A stretch of 63,999 nucleotides of DNA, counting the filler, from Octopus bimaculoides (lineage: Eukaryota), in NCBI RefSeq assembly GCF_001194135.2. It is 8 parts of 6 records of this genome, joined end to end, with 100 filler letters (N's around TTAATTAATTAA, not from the genome) between each part and the next. Parts side by side here need not be neighbours in the genome. Positions count along the whole stretch, not along the records: positions 24,437 to 29,613 come from NC_068986.1; positions 29,714 to 55,840 come from NC_068981.1; 6 more parts are not named here. The stretch is one strand, 5' to 3'. The position numbers and the translations under genes were made by a program. This document shows, one piece after another, positions 24,437-38,482 of this stretch (within the stretch, counting starts at the first letter, position 1; each line of letters begins with the position of its first letter). The notes beneath the pieces were generated by a model. That model saw only the letters and a program-made list of their open reading frames with translations. It was not told the origin of the DNA and ran no database searches.

Positions 24437-24612
24437 GAAAGAAGCTTGTCGTATGTATGTATATATGAGGGCATCTTTTAGTCTCCGTCTCACAAATCCA
24501 CTTACAAAGCCTAAGTCGGTCCGAAGCTATAGTAGAAGATACTTGCTCAAGTTGTCACACGGTGGAACTGAACCCTGTACCATGTGGTAGGGAAGCAAAC
24601 TTCTTCCTACAC
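24437..24612 (-). mobile_element. SINE A head (minus), back-to-back with the end of a plus-strand A head
   Basis: GAAAGAAGCTTGTCG (end of a plus head), then TATGTATGTATATA, then GAGGGCATCTTTTAGTCTCCGTCTCACAAATCCACTTAC...GGAAGCAAACTTCTT (minus head). Confidence 0.7.
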
Positions 24613-25607
24613 AAACACACATGTACATATATTTTTCAATCTACGGAGAAATAGGTATAGATTAGACGTACTTGTATGTCTAACAAGTAGGTTAACATAT
24701 TCAGATAAATATTGATGATATAGATGTGTGTTTGTGTGTATATACGGATATGATTATATACATATACACGCATACACATATTGCTATATAACTATGGTTA
24801 CATATACATATTTATATACATCTGACCCCACCGCCAGCTGCTAATGGTACCCGTTTTCAACTGAATGGATTGTAGCAGCTCAAAAGGAAATGGTCGACAC
24901 AATGACGTCGTCTCTTAAAACTGAATCAATGCCCAAAGATTCGTTAACCCAACATCCAAGCCATTATTTACGTATATATATATATATATNNNNNNNNNNN
25001 NNNNNNNNNNNNNNNNNNNNNNNNNNNNNNNNNNNNNNNNNNNNNNNNNNNNNNNNNNNNNNNNNNNNNNNNNNNNNNNNNNNNNNNNNNNNNNNNNNNN
25101 NNNNNNNNNNNNNNNNNNNNNNNNNNNNNNNNNNNNNNNNNNNNNNNNNNNNNNNNNNNNNNNNNNNNNNNNNNNNNNNNNNNNNNNNNNNNNNNNNNNN
25201 NNNNNNNNNNNNNNNNNNNNNNNNNNNNNNNNNNNNNNNNNNNNNNNNNNNNNNNNNNNNNNNNNNNNNNNNNNNNNNNNNNNNNNNNNNNNNNNNNNNN
25301 NNNNNNNNNNNNNNNNNNNNNNNNNNNNNNNNNNNNNNNNNNNNNNNNNNNNNNNNNNNNNNNNNNNNNNNNNNNNNNNNNNNNNNNNNNNNNNNNNNNN
25401 NNNNNNNNNNNNNNNNNNNNNNNNNNNNNNNNNNNNNNNNNNNNNNNNNNNNNNNNNNNNNNNNNNNNNNNNNNNNNNNNNNNNNNNNNNNNNNNNNNNN
25501 NNNNNNNNNNNNNNNNNNNNNNNNNNNNNNNNNNNNNNNNNNNNNNNNNNNNNNNNNNNNNNNNNNNNNNNNNNNNNNNNNNNNNNNNNNNNNNNNNNNN
25601 NNNNNNN

Positions 25608-25663
<56 letters not shown>

Positions 25664-27514
25664 GTATAAATCCGAAAAATGGAATAAGAACGTAACGGAC
25701 GAAAATAACAACATGCGGACAGGTAGACGATGCAAAACCTGACAAGAAAAAACAAGGACGGATCATTCGTGGCCTTCTATTCATCAGTCAAGTTTCCAAA
25801 TTATCATTGCAGTTTCAGCCTGTCACATTTGAGACTGTTTAAAATTGGTTGGCACCTAGGGAAATAATCTTGATAAAAGTTTCCACTCTAGAGCAAATTG
25901 TTTATTGCATCTCAAAGACTCCAATAAACAATTTTCCTTAGATTAGTAAGTTGTATTAGGATCATTTCCCTATGATGAAGAATCATTCTGTCCTCTTTGT
26001 ACGTACGAACAATTATTTATACTCTTTTCGAAACATACACTGGTCAACTCCTATAAAGAACGTGTTCACATTGGAAAAAACACTTATTTTTTTTAATGCA
26101 TCCATTGAAACATATGTCGATGATATGGTGATATAAATGATTTAAATAACATCTTGAGCGTTTGTCTCTATTTTCCATTATTCTTATGTTCTCCAAATCA
26201 TGTCTCGCTTCTCCCCGGAATTAACTCCCACGCAAGTGTGTTCACTATTTCTTAGGACGCTTATGTTACATCAGCTACTTTGTAATTGTTCCTCTGGATC
26301 TTCCCTATAAATTGAACATCCATATACACACACACACACACACATATATATGTGTGTGTGTGTGTGTGTACGTATGTATGTATATGCATATATATATNNN
26401 NNNNNNNNNNNNNNNNNNNNNNNNNNNNNNNNNNNNNNNNNNNNNNNNNNNNNNNNNNNNNNNNNNNNNNNNNNNNNNNNNNNNNNNNNNNNNNNNNNNN
26501 NNNNNNNNNNNNNNNNNNNNNNNNNNNNNNNNNNNNNNNNNNNNNNNNNNNNNNNNNNNNNNNNNNNNNNNNNNNNNNNNNNNNNNNNNNNNNNNNNNNN
26601 NNNNNNNNNNNNNNNNNNNNNNNNNNNNNTATGCATATACATATATACGTATAGACACACACATATATATATGTATTTCCATACGTATATACGTATATAT
26701 ACGTATGTATATATATAAAGATATATGTACATACAGTCATATATGTGTGTATGTGTGTGTGCATGTGTGTGTGCATGTGTGTGTTTAGTGATTCTTAGTT
26801 GTGCATTACCTCACGATATTACATAAGCATAAGCAGTTCTTTCAAGAATAAAAAATTCATCAATAAATACATACATACATACTAGAATAGATGTATATAT
26901 TTCCTATTCGGCTCTTTGCATGCACGCGAATATATACCAGCACACACATACGTGTTGTATGTATGTATGTATGTATGTATGTATGTATTTATGTATGTAT
27001 GTATGTATGTATGTATGTATGTATGTGTGTGTGTGTGTGTGCGTGTGGTGTGATGTGATCATACGTGCGTATGTGTATGTGTCAATGTATTGTAATGTGT
27101 AACAAGCATAACAATGGAAAAAGGTCGAGGTGGAAGTAGGAAACAAAGCTAGGCCTCTTCAATAGTTATTTATTTGCAATGGTAATATATACAGAAGAGT
27201 GTTCTGGCCCAGGTGTTATCCTGCTGCCCAGCTGAGTCTAGTAAATACTTGTCAACATTGAAAGTGAATTTGAACGGAATTTTAAACAAGTGTCACAAGC
27301 TGACCCAGTTCTTCTTGTAACTTCCTTATGTATGTACGCATGTATGTATGTATGTATGTATGTATGTATGTATGTATGTATGTATGTAGGTATGTATGTA
27401 TGTATGTATGTATGTATGTAGGTAGGTAGGTATGTAGGTAGGTATGTATGTATGTATGTATGTATGTATACACACACATATGCATATATATACATTCATT
27501 CATATCTATCTGTC

Positions 27515-27546
<32 letters not shown>

Positions 27547-27776
27547 NNNNNNNNNNNNNNNNNNNNNNNNNNNNNNNNNNNNNNNNNNNNNNNNNNNNNN
27601 NNNNNNNNNNNNNNNNNNNNNNNNNNNNNNNNNNNNNNNNNNNNNNNNNNNNNNNNNNNNNNNNNNNNNNNNNNNNNNNNNNNNNNNNNNNNNNNNNNNN
27701 NNNNNNNNNNNNNNNNNNNNNNNNNNNNNNNNNNNNNNNNNNNNNNNNNNNNNNNNNNNNNNNNNNNNNNNNNNNN

Positions 27777-27844
<68 letters not shown>

Positions 27845-28117
27845 TGTGTGTGTTCGTGTTAATAATTGAAAAAAGTGAAGGTTTACTCTGAATCCTGAAT
27901 TAAAACGTATGAAGATCATAGGTACATATGTAAAGCCAGAGTCTCCCTCTGCAGTTTTGCTAGGCAGACAGAGGTTGCTTTTGGTATTCACTCGTTCGCT
28001 TTACAAATCTTCTGAGGGAGGTTCCTAGTAGTGCATACTTAAAAATTATCATAAACATCTTCATAATTTTTTATTACGGATTTTTCCTATCATCAATATA
28101 GCATTTCATTTAAGGCG

Positions 28118-28690
28118 TCAAGTTGACAGAATCGTTAGCATCCCGAGTAAAATGCTTAGAAGCATTTCGTCCGCACTTTACATTCTGAGTTCAAATTCCT
28201 CCGAAGTCGTCTATGCCTTTCATCCTTTCGGGATCGATAAATTAAGCACCAATGAAACACTGGGGCCGATGTAATTGGACAAGGAGAGTAATTTTACGAG
28301 GAGTGGATGGGTAAATGATTACATGGAAGTCAGTACTTCACAGGTGCTTAATTTATCGATTCCGAAAGGGTGAAAGGTAAAGATGACTTTGGTTGGATTT
28401 AAGCTCAGGAAGTAAAGAGATCGGAAGAAATGCATTTTGGCCGATGCACTAACGATTTTACTAGCTCGCCACCTTGGCAAAATATAAAATAATCTTTTCT
28501 ACTATAGGTACAAAACCTGTAATTTTAAGGGGAGGGTAGTGGATTTCATCAACCTCAGTACATGACTGGTATATTTTTTGTCGACCCCGAAATGTTGAAA
28601 GGCAAAGCCGACCCCAGCGGAATTTGAACTCACAACGGTAAGCAGTTAGCCCGGTGTGCATAACGATTCTGCTAACTCGCCACCTTCAAA
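28118..28690. mobile_element. Cluster of three SINE B copies (one plus, two minus)
   Basis: Plus copy at about 28118-28280; minus copies at about 28300-28485 and 28490-28690. All share the CCTTTCATCCTTTCGG..GATAAATTAAG core. Confidence 0.8.
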
Positions 28691-29713
28691 TAATGAAATT
28701 GCAAAATCAAATATAAAACGAAATTGAAAAAAAAAAAAAAAAGAACGCAGAAATCAATGAAAATGCCTTGAAATAGATAGTTTGTTCTTTTAAACATTGA
28801 GTTTACAACTCCATTTAAATCGTAATTCTCTTTATTCCAATTTCCTTGTATGTCAATTTTCATGAATTGAAAGTTTCAAACTGAAAATATACATCTAAAA
28901 TAAACGGAAACAAAATTGAAGGTTGTATTTCCTGACATATACACCCTGAAATATCGGTATAGATAAATATGTACATACTTGTGATTGTGTATGCGTTTAC
29001 ATATGTATATTATGAATACACTGCTACGGAGTTATTATTTTTACGTGTGCCAGCATATATTAACTGCTGTTCACGAGAAATATTTAGAATGTTAAGATGA
29101 CTGTGTTGACATGATTGTATATTAACATACTATATATACACATGTACACGGGTGGGGTGGTGATATTTCCGTGTATGTTTATTATTTGCTGGAATGTTGG
29201 CGGATGTATGTACGCGTATACATACATGTATATGTGTGTGTGTGTGAGTGTATATATATGTTCTTCCTCTGTTACTACTACGTATCTCCTTTTCCCCCTC
29301 GTATTTCCTCTCTTTCTCTTTTCCTCTCGTTGCTCACCATTCTTCTACTTCCTCCCTCTCTTTCTCCCTCTACCACTCTCTCTCTTCCCTTTACACCGGC
29401 ATGGTCACATGCTTCCGGTCAATAATCCTTTCCTTCCTTGGCTTTCGCCAAGTAACACACGCTACCACTTTGTCTCTCTCGGTTCCGTGCCTCATCGCGT
29501 TCATACACACATAATTTTTCTCGTCTGGCCGTAAAGCCTTCTGTTTGTTTTCCTGTCTTGTTTTTCGTCCGCCACTACATTCCTCCATGGCTAGATTTAA
29601 TTTGCGTATACAGNNNNNNNNNNNNNNNNNNNNNNNNNNNNNNNNNNNNNNNNNNNNTTAATTAATTAANNNNNNNNNNNNNNNNNNNNNNNNNNNNNNN
29701 NNNNNNNNNNNNN

Positions 29714-29767
<54 letters not shown>

Positions 29768-30483
29768 TATGGATTCTCCCGTCCTTAAAGAGCGTATGAG
29801 AGTTCATACCACCTTACAGATGATCTATTTATAGCGATGATCAAATGTTTGTGTAGATATAAGCTCACTCCCTCCCTCCATCGAATCGACACTACCTGTA
29901 CAGGTGCACAGGTGTGCCACATGTCAGATGACGAAATGATCGCAGGGGAATGTGAAATGAAGTGCTTTGCTCAAGAACACAACACAACGCCCGGTCTGTG
30001 AATCGAAACTACGATCTCGCAATAGTGAGTGCAACATATGTAAGTATGTATGTATGTATGTATGTATGCATCTATATGCGTGCATGTCTGTGTCTGTGCG
30101 TGTATATGTGCGTGTGTGTGTTAGTCTCTTACCACTGCTTGACAACCGGTGTTGGCATGTTTATATCCCCGTAAATAGTAAAAACTTAAAAAATAACCGC
30201 TGGGGTCGATTCGTTTGACTAAAAATTCTTCAACGTGGTGCCCCAGCATGGCCGCAGTCTAAGAATAAAACAATATATCTATCAATGACTATATTGATTT
30301 TTGGTGTTCAATATTAATCACTGATTTACCAATGTCGAATGTTCTTTTCTGGTTTGTTTGTTATTGTTCATTGAATATTTATTATATTTTGTTTATTAGA
30401 TTTTCTGTTGATTGAGTTATTGTTTACTGTTGGTTTAAAAATACGTTTAAAGCTGTCTACTGTACATATATATAATATTACAT

Positions 30484-30546
<63 letters not shown>
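30484..30546. repeat. Compound (CAG)n(TAG)n microsatellite
   Basis: Read directly from the sequence. Confidence 0.95.
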
Positions 30547-31931
30547 TGGGAACAAGTAGTGTAACAGCACGTCGCTGCATCCACCATTAATTGGTGATTC
30601 CCTTCGCCTGGCGGATGATACATTTGCACCACTCAGGCGACAACCCTATAAACCATGGGTCTGTTTCGGGGAGTCGTTGCTGGTGAGGGTTTTACGAGGT
30701 CGGAGTGCAAATCCTACCTGAACGCAGAGGAAACATTGTGTCTATTTTTTTGACATGCAGATTCATCCCCCCCCCCCACAAACACACACATATATATATA
30801 TGATATGTGATCGAAGATTATTTTAAATATTTGAAAGGTAATTTCCATTGCATCGGAGATGTGATCTCTCAATTCGGAGAGAAGTAGTGGGTCTACCGGG
30901 AGAGCCTCTCCTATCTCTGAACTACGCACTTTATCGTGTAATGTTATTCAAAAGACCCTTTTGTGGGGCCCTATTTCGGTCGCTTGTATTCGCGATCGTA
31001 TTCTCTCGGCCATCCCCCCTGATTCACATCCACGGGGAAGGGTCGGCACGTATACTGAACGCAAGATAGCGAGTTTGGCTTTTACACTTGCCTCGCTTAC
31101 AGTCTTATGACTGAATGTTGCGCAATTTTTTGCGGATAGAACCAAACAGTAGAAGAGACCCAGCGACAAAACCACGAGAGTAATGGTTGGATAACATTCA
31201 TAAGCTCGGTTGGTCTCGCTTGGGGATCCACCCGGATCTATTGGAGCCGGTTGCTTCTGATATAGGACCAACCTGTTGCAAGACACGCTGGAGGTGCAGC
31301 ATAGCAGGTTAGCTGAATTACGTCCCTTTGCTGGTAAATGCCATCAGGTGGCGTGGAAGCTGACACCTATATCTTCCAGTATTTTGGGGCAGTCTTTCGC
31401 TCTCGCTATTTTGGATACCAAGGAGAACGAATATCTCTCTCTTCTGCCTAAGCCCACAGACCACATGCAGTTACCGTCGTTCTAACGACGCTTGCCTAAC
31501 CATCTTATTACCGTCGTTAAAAATGATGCCTGCCTAATACATTTCAGACCATCGTCGTTTTTCTGCTCTATCATGGTGTCTTGTTCAGCAAATGAATTTA
31601 TCGCCACACAGCTTACCAGACAATTGACTGTCGTGTTACCAACTTCGTTGACTGCTGCTATGAATTTGTAACAGTAAATCCAAATATGCTTTCTGACTAA
31701 GCCTCACACACGACACTGCACACGCGTTTCTGATACCCTTGCAATTTTGTTTCACGACTAGTTAGCTTTTATTTGTTATCCAAACGATTCACAGCATGTG
31801 AGTATTTGATTTCTTACATCGTGTGAAAAGCCGTGTTTTGCATCCTCTTTCTAAATAAATTCTATTTATTATTGTAAGTAGTCTTCATCTTTTTACACAC
31901 ACTCAACACGCTAAAGAAGACTTTGCCCTCC

Positions 31932-31986
<55 letters not shown>

Positions 31987-32087
31987 NNNNNNNNNNNNNN
32001 NNNNNNNNNNNNNNNNNNNNNNNNNNNNNNNNNNNNNNNNNNNNNNNNNNNNNNNNNNNNNNNNNNNNNNNNNNNNNNNNNNNNNNN

Positions 32088-32146
<59 letters not shown>

Positions 32147-32336
32147 TTATATTTGTGCGTGTGTTTGTTTGTGTATAAGTCTGTGTGTGTGGATGTATGT
32201 TATAAAGATAGATAAATATATGTTTACTATACTCATATTTAAATACATTTTTGTACATAGACACACACACACACACACATACACAACACATACAACAGAC
32301 AGACAGACAGACAGACAGACAGATAGATAGATAGAG

Positions 32337-32381
<45 letters not shown>

Positions 32382-32946
32382 CATTTCTTTTATTAGCCAC
32401 ACAGGGCTCAACGAAGATGGGACAAATACAATGTAGAGCTTTTCTTTTTGGGAGGGGGAAGGGGAAAAAAAGAAGAAGAAAAGATAGATAGATAGATAGA
32501 TAGACAGGAAGGCAGGTAGGCAGACAGACAAACACAGACAGATAAATAAATAAATAAATAAATAAATAAATAGACAGAGAGACAGACAGACATGTTTCTG
32601 TCGAAAGGCAAACGATGAAATTCTAATTACAATATGAACTCAAAAATTGTACTTAGTTTGAAATAGTTGTAAAAGAAAAAAAACTATGGCGGTGAAATTA
32701 GTGCAAACATTAAAAGGCCAATGTGAATCGTCTTCGTTAATTTTCTACTCTTTTATACAAAACCCCGCCGGGATAGTTCGTCTACATCCGTTCGACTCTG
32801 AAGTGATGAAAAGTAAAGGGGTACCCAGAGGGATTTCAGATGAGAAATACGAAACCCCAAATAGAATCTATAAATCTGAACTGTGTTACCATTTTTTGTA
32901 CCGATTCCACTGTACTAAAGATTTGAAGAATATTGCTGTAACTTAC

Positions 32947-33114
32947 TTATTTTGGTTAAACGGAGGGAAATTTCCCATTGCAGATCTTTCAAACCGAAAT
33001 TGCTTGTAGCAAGGAGACTTGAATAGCCACTCGCTCTCTTACTGTGAAGATTATATTCAGAGAAGAAAATCACTTCAATGGCCGTGAATTTCAAATATTT
33101 TCGATAATATATTT
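32947..33114 (-). CDS. Candidate 168-nt phase-1/phase-1 exon
   Basis: Acceptor TCACGTCTCACTTCTTCAG, donor TAA|GTAAGT (alternative CACA|GTAAGA gives 72 nt). Only the phase-1 frame is open: EIYYRKYLKFTAIEVIFFSEYNLHSKRASGYSSLLATSNFGLKDLQWEISLRLTKI. No homology recognised. Confidence 0.25.
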
Positions 33115-34059
33115 CTGAAGAAGTGAGACGTGATTTGGATTTTCCTGACATTGAGAAAGTCGATAATTTTTCCTTTGACTAAACGACACAGCGTAACAGT
33201 TTGTGGTAGATTTCGAACAGGCGACTACCTAAGTAGTTCACGCTATGACCTTCGTAGCAATGTTGAACACATTCAACCTATAGATTGATACTAAACTAAT
33301 CGAATATGTAAGATATTCTAATTAGGCATCTAAAGTTTGACGAGTTATTTATTTAATATGTGTAGAGTAGATTGGAGCATCTGTCATCAACCTAAATGAT
33401 ATTTGTCAGCTGACATATCAGCAATACGGAGCTGCTGTAAATTGATAGTTAACAGAAGTCTTTGAACGATGTTGCTCAGTTTATCTTGGAAGTGTTTTTG
33501 TTGTTTCTGTGAGAAACGAAAGTAAAAGAAAATATGATTAAAAGACAAAGAAATAGAGCAAGAAAAATTTAAAGACGGCTCAATAAAATGTCATAATTGG
33601 AACTATGTTACTAATTGTCAGTTCGTGTTGATAGATCATCTTTCAAAATTGAGATACCGTGATGGGTTTAGAAAGTAGGCGCTGTTCACGTTTCTTACAT
33701 CAAATCACAATATTTTGACATGTTTCTTTTTCACTGTTTACTTTTACTGTGAGGTTGTACAATAAATATAACAACTTTACAGCCGTCAAATGTAAATAAT
33801 GTAAATAATTCCTCATCTCTTAAATATAGAACTGTATTAACTTTACATCCGTCACGTATCACATAAATTTAATTAAATAGTTAAGTTACCAGCATAACTT
33901 AGATATCTTTGATTGGTTTCGGCTACTATCGGCCCAGACCATGGCTAACTTAATAGCACCACTGGGTCTTTTAAGTCATATTTCGGGACACCATGGAACA
34001 CTCTAGGAAAGAGCTGTTATTGTAGTTGTCGTTGGTAATTTTCCCGGTACATCTTGGAG

Positions 34060-35353
34060 GAATTTGTCCCGGTACCGTTCGAAAGTTAGGTTATTTTCTA
34101 TTTTAATTTCTTTGAGGTTAACGTTGAATACATCAAGACCATTTGAGGTTTTAAAAAAAATATCAGCGCAATGAATACACGAGCTGTCGCCGAAATGCAA
34201 TACTGTGCAGTTGTTTTTAGGTGGACAAAGAAGAAGCTTGAGGAAAAAGATAGAAAAAGCAGGTAAGTGATGACAATGAACAAGGAACTGCACCCTAAAA
34301 GTGATATCTATAGACTGTATGCGCCTAGATACAAAGGAGAAAGAGATCTCATTGGATGCAAGATCTGTGTTATCAGCGAGAGAAACGGTCTGGGATGGTA
34401 CGTCAAACAGCAGATTGAACCTTTGTTGTCGATATTAGAAATAGCAACACTATGCCGACTGAAAGTGTGACACAGCCCAAAACATTTATGAAATAAGATG
34501 AAGACCAAAGATTAAACAAATGGAAAATGTAAACGATGCAGAGTCAATACCTCAGAGAAATCGAGGGGAAAGACAAGATCAACAGCTGGAGGTGGCTAAG
34601 ACAAAGTGATCCGAAAGGATACACTGAAGCATTGATATGCAGCGCCCAGGAGCAAGCTCGGATAAATAATTACACCAAGTTCCAAATAGATAAGAGCAGT
34701 GAATCACCCTTTTGTAAAATGTGTGGCAGCAAAAACGAAACAATATCACATATTGTAATGAGTGTAGGAAACTGGCCCAAAAGAAATACAGAAAGAGATA
34801 CAAAACGTGGCTACGTTTGTGTGAAATTGTGTGAGAAATGGTGCGAACAAGAACTAGAACGCGTCACTGATAATAATGAATATTAGATATTATGGGATTT
34901 TACGATTCATTGTCATTCAGGGATTGATACTTAGATACTTGACATTATCGTATTGTATGAAAGATCATTGATATTGCCATAACAGAGGACGCACGAGTTA
35001 GTGACAAAGAGCCGGAAAAGATGGAAAAATACAAGCCGCAAAATGACGAAATTGCACGAATGTGACCAACGAAGAAAGTAACTGTCATCGCAGTAGTTAT
35101 AAGGGAACTGACCACCAAGTTTTTGAAATATGTCGGAGAAATTGGAATTGACATGAGAGTAGAACATGCTAAAAAATCTGCTTTATTGGGGGACAGCGAG
35201 GACTTTGAGATTGGTGCATGGGTGTTAAGTATCATGGAAAGAGACCCTGTGAGACCTTTGGTAACAGGTTGCTGTCTGCTCTTACAGATTTCACCGGAGC
35301 AAGTAAAATCGAAAGCTCTGAGAAGTAAAATGGAAATAATAATAATAATAATA
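34060..35353 (+). mobile_element. R4/Dong-like RLE-type non-LTR retrotransposon, 3' half, decayed, with (TAA)n tail
   Basis: AMNTRAVA..Y..WTKKKLEEKDRKSR*VMTMNKELHPKSDIYRLYAPRYKGERDL; zinc knuckle CKMCGSKNETISHI; ILWDFTIHC..IIDIA..KEPEKMEKY..EIARM..VTVIAVVI (RLE domain); ends in AATAATAATAATAATAAT. Confidence 0.88.
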
Positions 35354-35697
35354 AATGTTAACCCAATTATAGTAAGTTCGTAGAAACTATTTTCCATTGC
35401 CAGTTGATGTTGGTAAGAATTACATTTAAGAATATGGGTGTTCGACTTGACATTCCGCAGAAATTACAATACAATTATTTACTGTTTAGCAATCGAAAAA
35501 ATGACAAATCTAAAGCTAATGGAAAAGTCGTAAAATTTCATTGTGGAACCAGACATTGGTCAGATAAAATCCAATACATATATGGATCATTTAATGCAAA
35601 TAAGAATTTTTAATTTTTTTCTAAAATAAAATATATCTACATACATTTGTATCGGTTAAATAACTCGTAAAGAATGTTTGTATACACAAACACACAT

Positions 35698-35754
<57 letters not shown>

Positions 35755-35780
35755 TACAATGTGTGGCAAAGAGAACTTAC

Positions 35781-35880
35781 CTAGCACAGAATATACATTA
35801 AACGGAGTAAAACACTCACTGAACGAACGTAGTAAATAAAATACCAGTATAAATAAAATACGGAACATAAAAAGTGACAT
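35781..35880 (-). CDS. Candidate first coding exon encoding a signal-peptide-like N-terminus
   Basis: From ATG at 35880: MSLFMFRILFILVFYLLRSFSECFTPFNVYSVL, then a perfect donor AG|GTAAGT in phase 1. An in-frame TGA lies 9 nt upstream of the ATG. The sequence is not repeat-derived as far as can be seen. Confidence 0.4.
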
Positions 35881-36140
35881 AAAATATCAGTCTGACATTT
35901 TATAGGAGATAAAAAATGACTTTTTCACAAACTTCATTGTAAACATTGATTTCATCAAGTCACTGCGCAATTTGTATCGATTATTACAGTGTTTATGTGA
36001 CACGGTCGTTTGTCCAATTATCATCAGTTTGCGAACAAGAGTTACATTATACAAATATATTATAGAGACACCACATAACATACATAGGCATTTATTATAT
36101 ATAAAGAGAACTTAACTCTCTTCAAGTATGTCTGTGTGTA

Positions 36141-36223
<83 letters not shown>

Positions 36224-37045
36224 GCATGTATGTAAATATTCGTATGCATGTATAACACTATATACATGAGCTTAAAAAAGGAATTGATACACGCACATAC
36301 ATGTGTATATGCGTGTACATACACGCATANNNNNNNNNNNNNNNNNNNNNNNNNNNNNNNNNNNNNNNNNNNNNNNNNNNNNNNNNNNNNNNNNNNNNNN
36401 NNNNNNNNNNNNNNNNNNNNNNNNNNNNNNNNNNNNNNNNNNNNNNNNNNNNNNNNNNNNNNNNNNNNNNNNNNNNNNNNNNNNNNNNNNNNNNNNNNNN
36501 NNNNNNNNNNNNNNNNNNNNNNNNNNNNNNNNNNNNNNNNNNNNNNNNNNNNNNNNNNNNNNNNNNNNNNNNNNNNNNNNNNNNNNNNNNNNNNNNNNNN
36601 NNNNNNNNNNNNNNNNNNNNNNNNNNNNNNNNNNNNNNNNNNNNNNNNNNNNNNNNNNNNNNNNNNNNNNNNNNNNNNNNNNNNNNNNNNNNNNNNNNNN
36701 NNNNNNNNNNNNNNNNNNNNNNNNNNNNNNNNNNNNNNNNNNNNNNNNNNNNNNNNNNNNNNNNNNNNNNNNNNNNNNNNNNNNNNNNNNNNNNNNNNNN
36801 NNNNNNNNNNNNNNNNNNNNNNNNNNNNNNNNNNNNNNNNNNNNNNNNNNNNNNNNNNNNNNNNNNNNNNNNNNNNNNNNNNNNNNNNNNNNNNNNNNNN
36901 NNNNNNNNNNNNNNNNNNNNNNNNNNNNNNNNNNNNNNNNNNNNNNNNNNNNNNCTTGGATCTAGGTTAGAAACCGGCTCTTTCTCTGTTGGCAAGAAAT
37001 CTTGAAATAAAACTGAACAATGACATACATACATACATACATACA

Positions 37046-37076
<31 letters not shown>

Positions 37077-37283
37077 TCTCTTTATAACATTAATTTGTCT
37101 GTCTTACCGTACAGATTTTCATCCAACCACAAAAACATAAGCACGTCGCATGCTTTGTCTATGTCCACCTATGAATGCAAGTTTTATGTGGCAGTCGCGT
37201 ACATTAAGAATATACCGCGTAATGGTTCTTTGACAAAATATTCATTCAGCATTAATACAATTCTCTCCTTCTTGTTCCTTTAC

Positions 37284-37429
37284 CGTTCGTCTGTCTCCCT
37301 TCGCTGGATTGATCTCTTTGGCATTCTCTTCACACCTGACATTGTCCGTTCTATGGAATGGTAAGTAATACAACTCACCTGAACTTAATGCGAGACGTGT
37401 CTCTTGTATAGAAATTCTCCAATCGGCTT
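37284..37429 (-). CDS. Candidate exon region (alternative models)
   Basis: Acceptor TGTGTTTATTAG at 37430; perfect internal donor CAG|GTGAGT at 37378 (51-nt exon); ACAATG start at 37342 giving MSGVKRMPKRSIQRRETDE before donor ACG|GTAAAG (phase 2). Purine-rich on the minus strand. Confidence 0.3.
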
Positions 37430-37989
37430 CTAATAAACACATGTAGAGTGCAACAAATAAACAGAAACACAAGCGGAGCTGTGTATATATACGCATGTTT
37501 CTACGAATGCATATATGTATATAATTATATACGGCTGTATACATATATTTATCTTTACACACACGCGCATGCGCGCACACACACACATGTTTGTATATAT
37601 CCATATTTGTGTATATATATACGTATGTAAAGCTACAATTTTACTTTCCTTGTGCAGTTGTCGTTTCTTCTATTTCTGTGTTATTCCTACGAAATAACCG
37701 GCGGCTACAGTTTTACAATTCTGCTACCAGAATGGAGTGAATGTTGTTCAAATGAAGAAGATATTGGAACATTGTGAAAGTGTAACTGCAGAACATTGAT
37801 GTTGTCCAGTATGAAACGAGCCATTGAACTCACCTTTGGAGTGATTGATTGGTTCAATGGCGGCAATACTCTGTAGTGAAGGAAGGATATAATGTATTGT
37901 AACAAAATATAATAGATTCTGAAGAAGGGATACGACATATGTGTGTCTGTCTGTCTCTCTCGCTCCTTCTCTCTCTCTCACTCTCTCTC

Positions 37990-38099
<110 letters not shown>

Positions 38100-38482
38100 T
38101 ATATATATATGGGGGTAGTATAGGGTTAGTCATTATCTTTCTCACGTCTTTCTATCTCTCATTCTCAATATATGTATTTATGTATGTATTTATCTATATA
38201 TGATTCCATATATATATATATATATACAATACACACATATGTGTGTGTATGTATATACAAAATGCTATACGTTTATTATCTGCATAGATTATAAATAAAC
38301 ACTCGTATACATACAATGTATGTGTACACATAACCATATATACAAAGATTAAAATTACTAGTTATTTCATTATAATATGGGAAGACAAATGAGATGTTTC
38401 GGTTTAATTAGGCCACTTTAGCGCATCATTCAGATGACAAAACATACACTCACGCACACGCACATTTATATATGATTATGTA

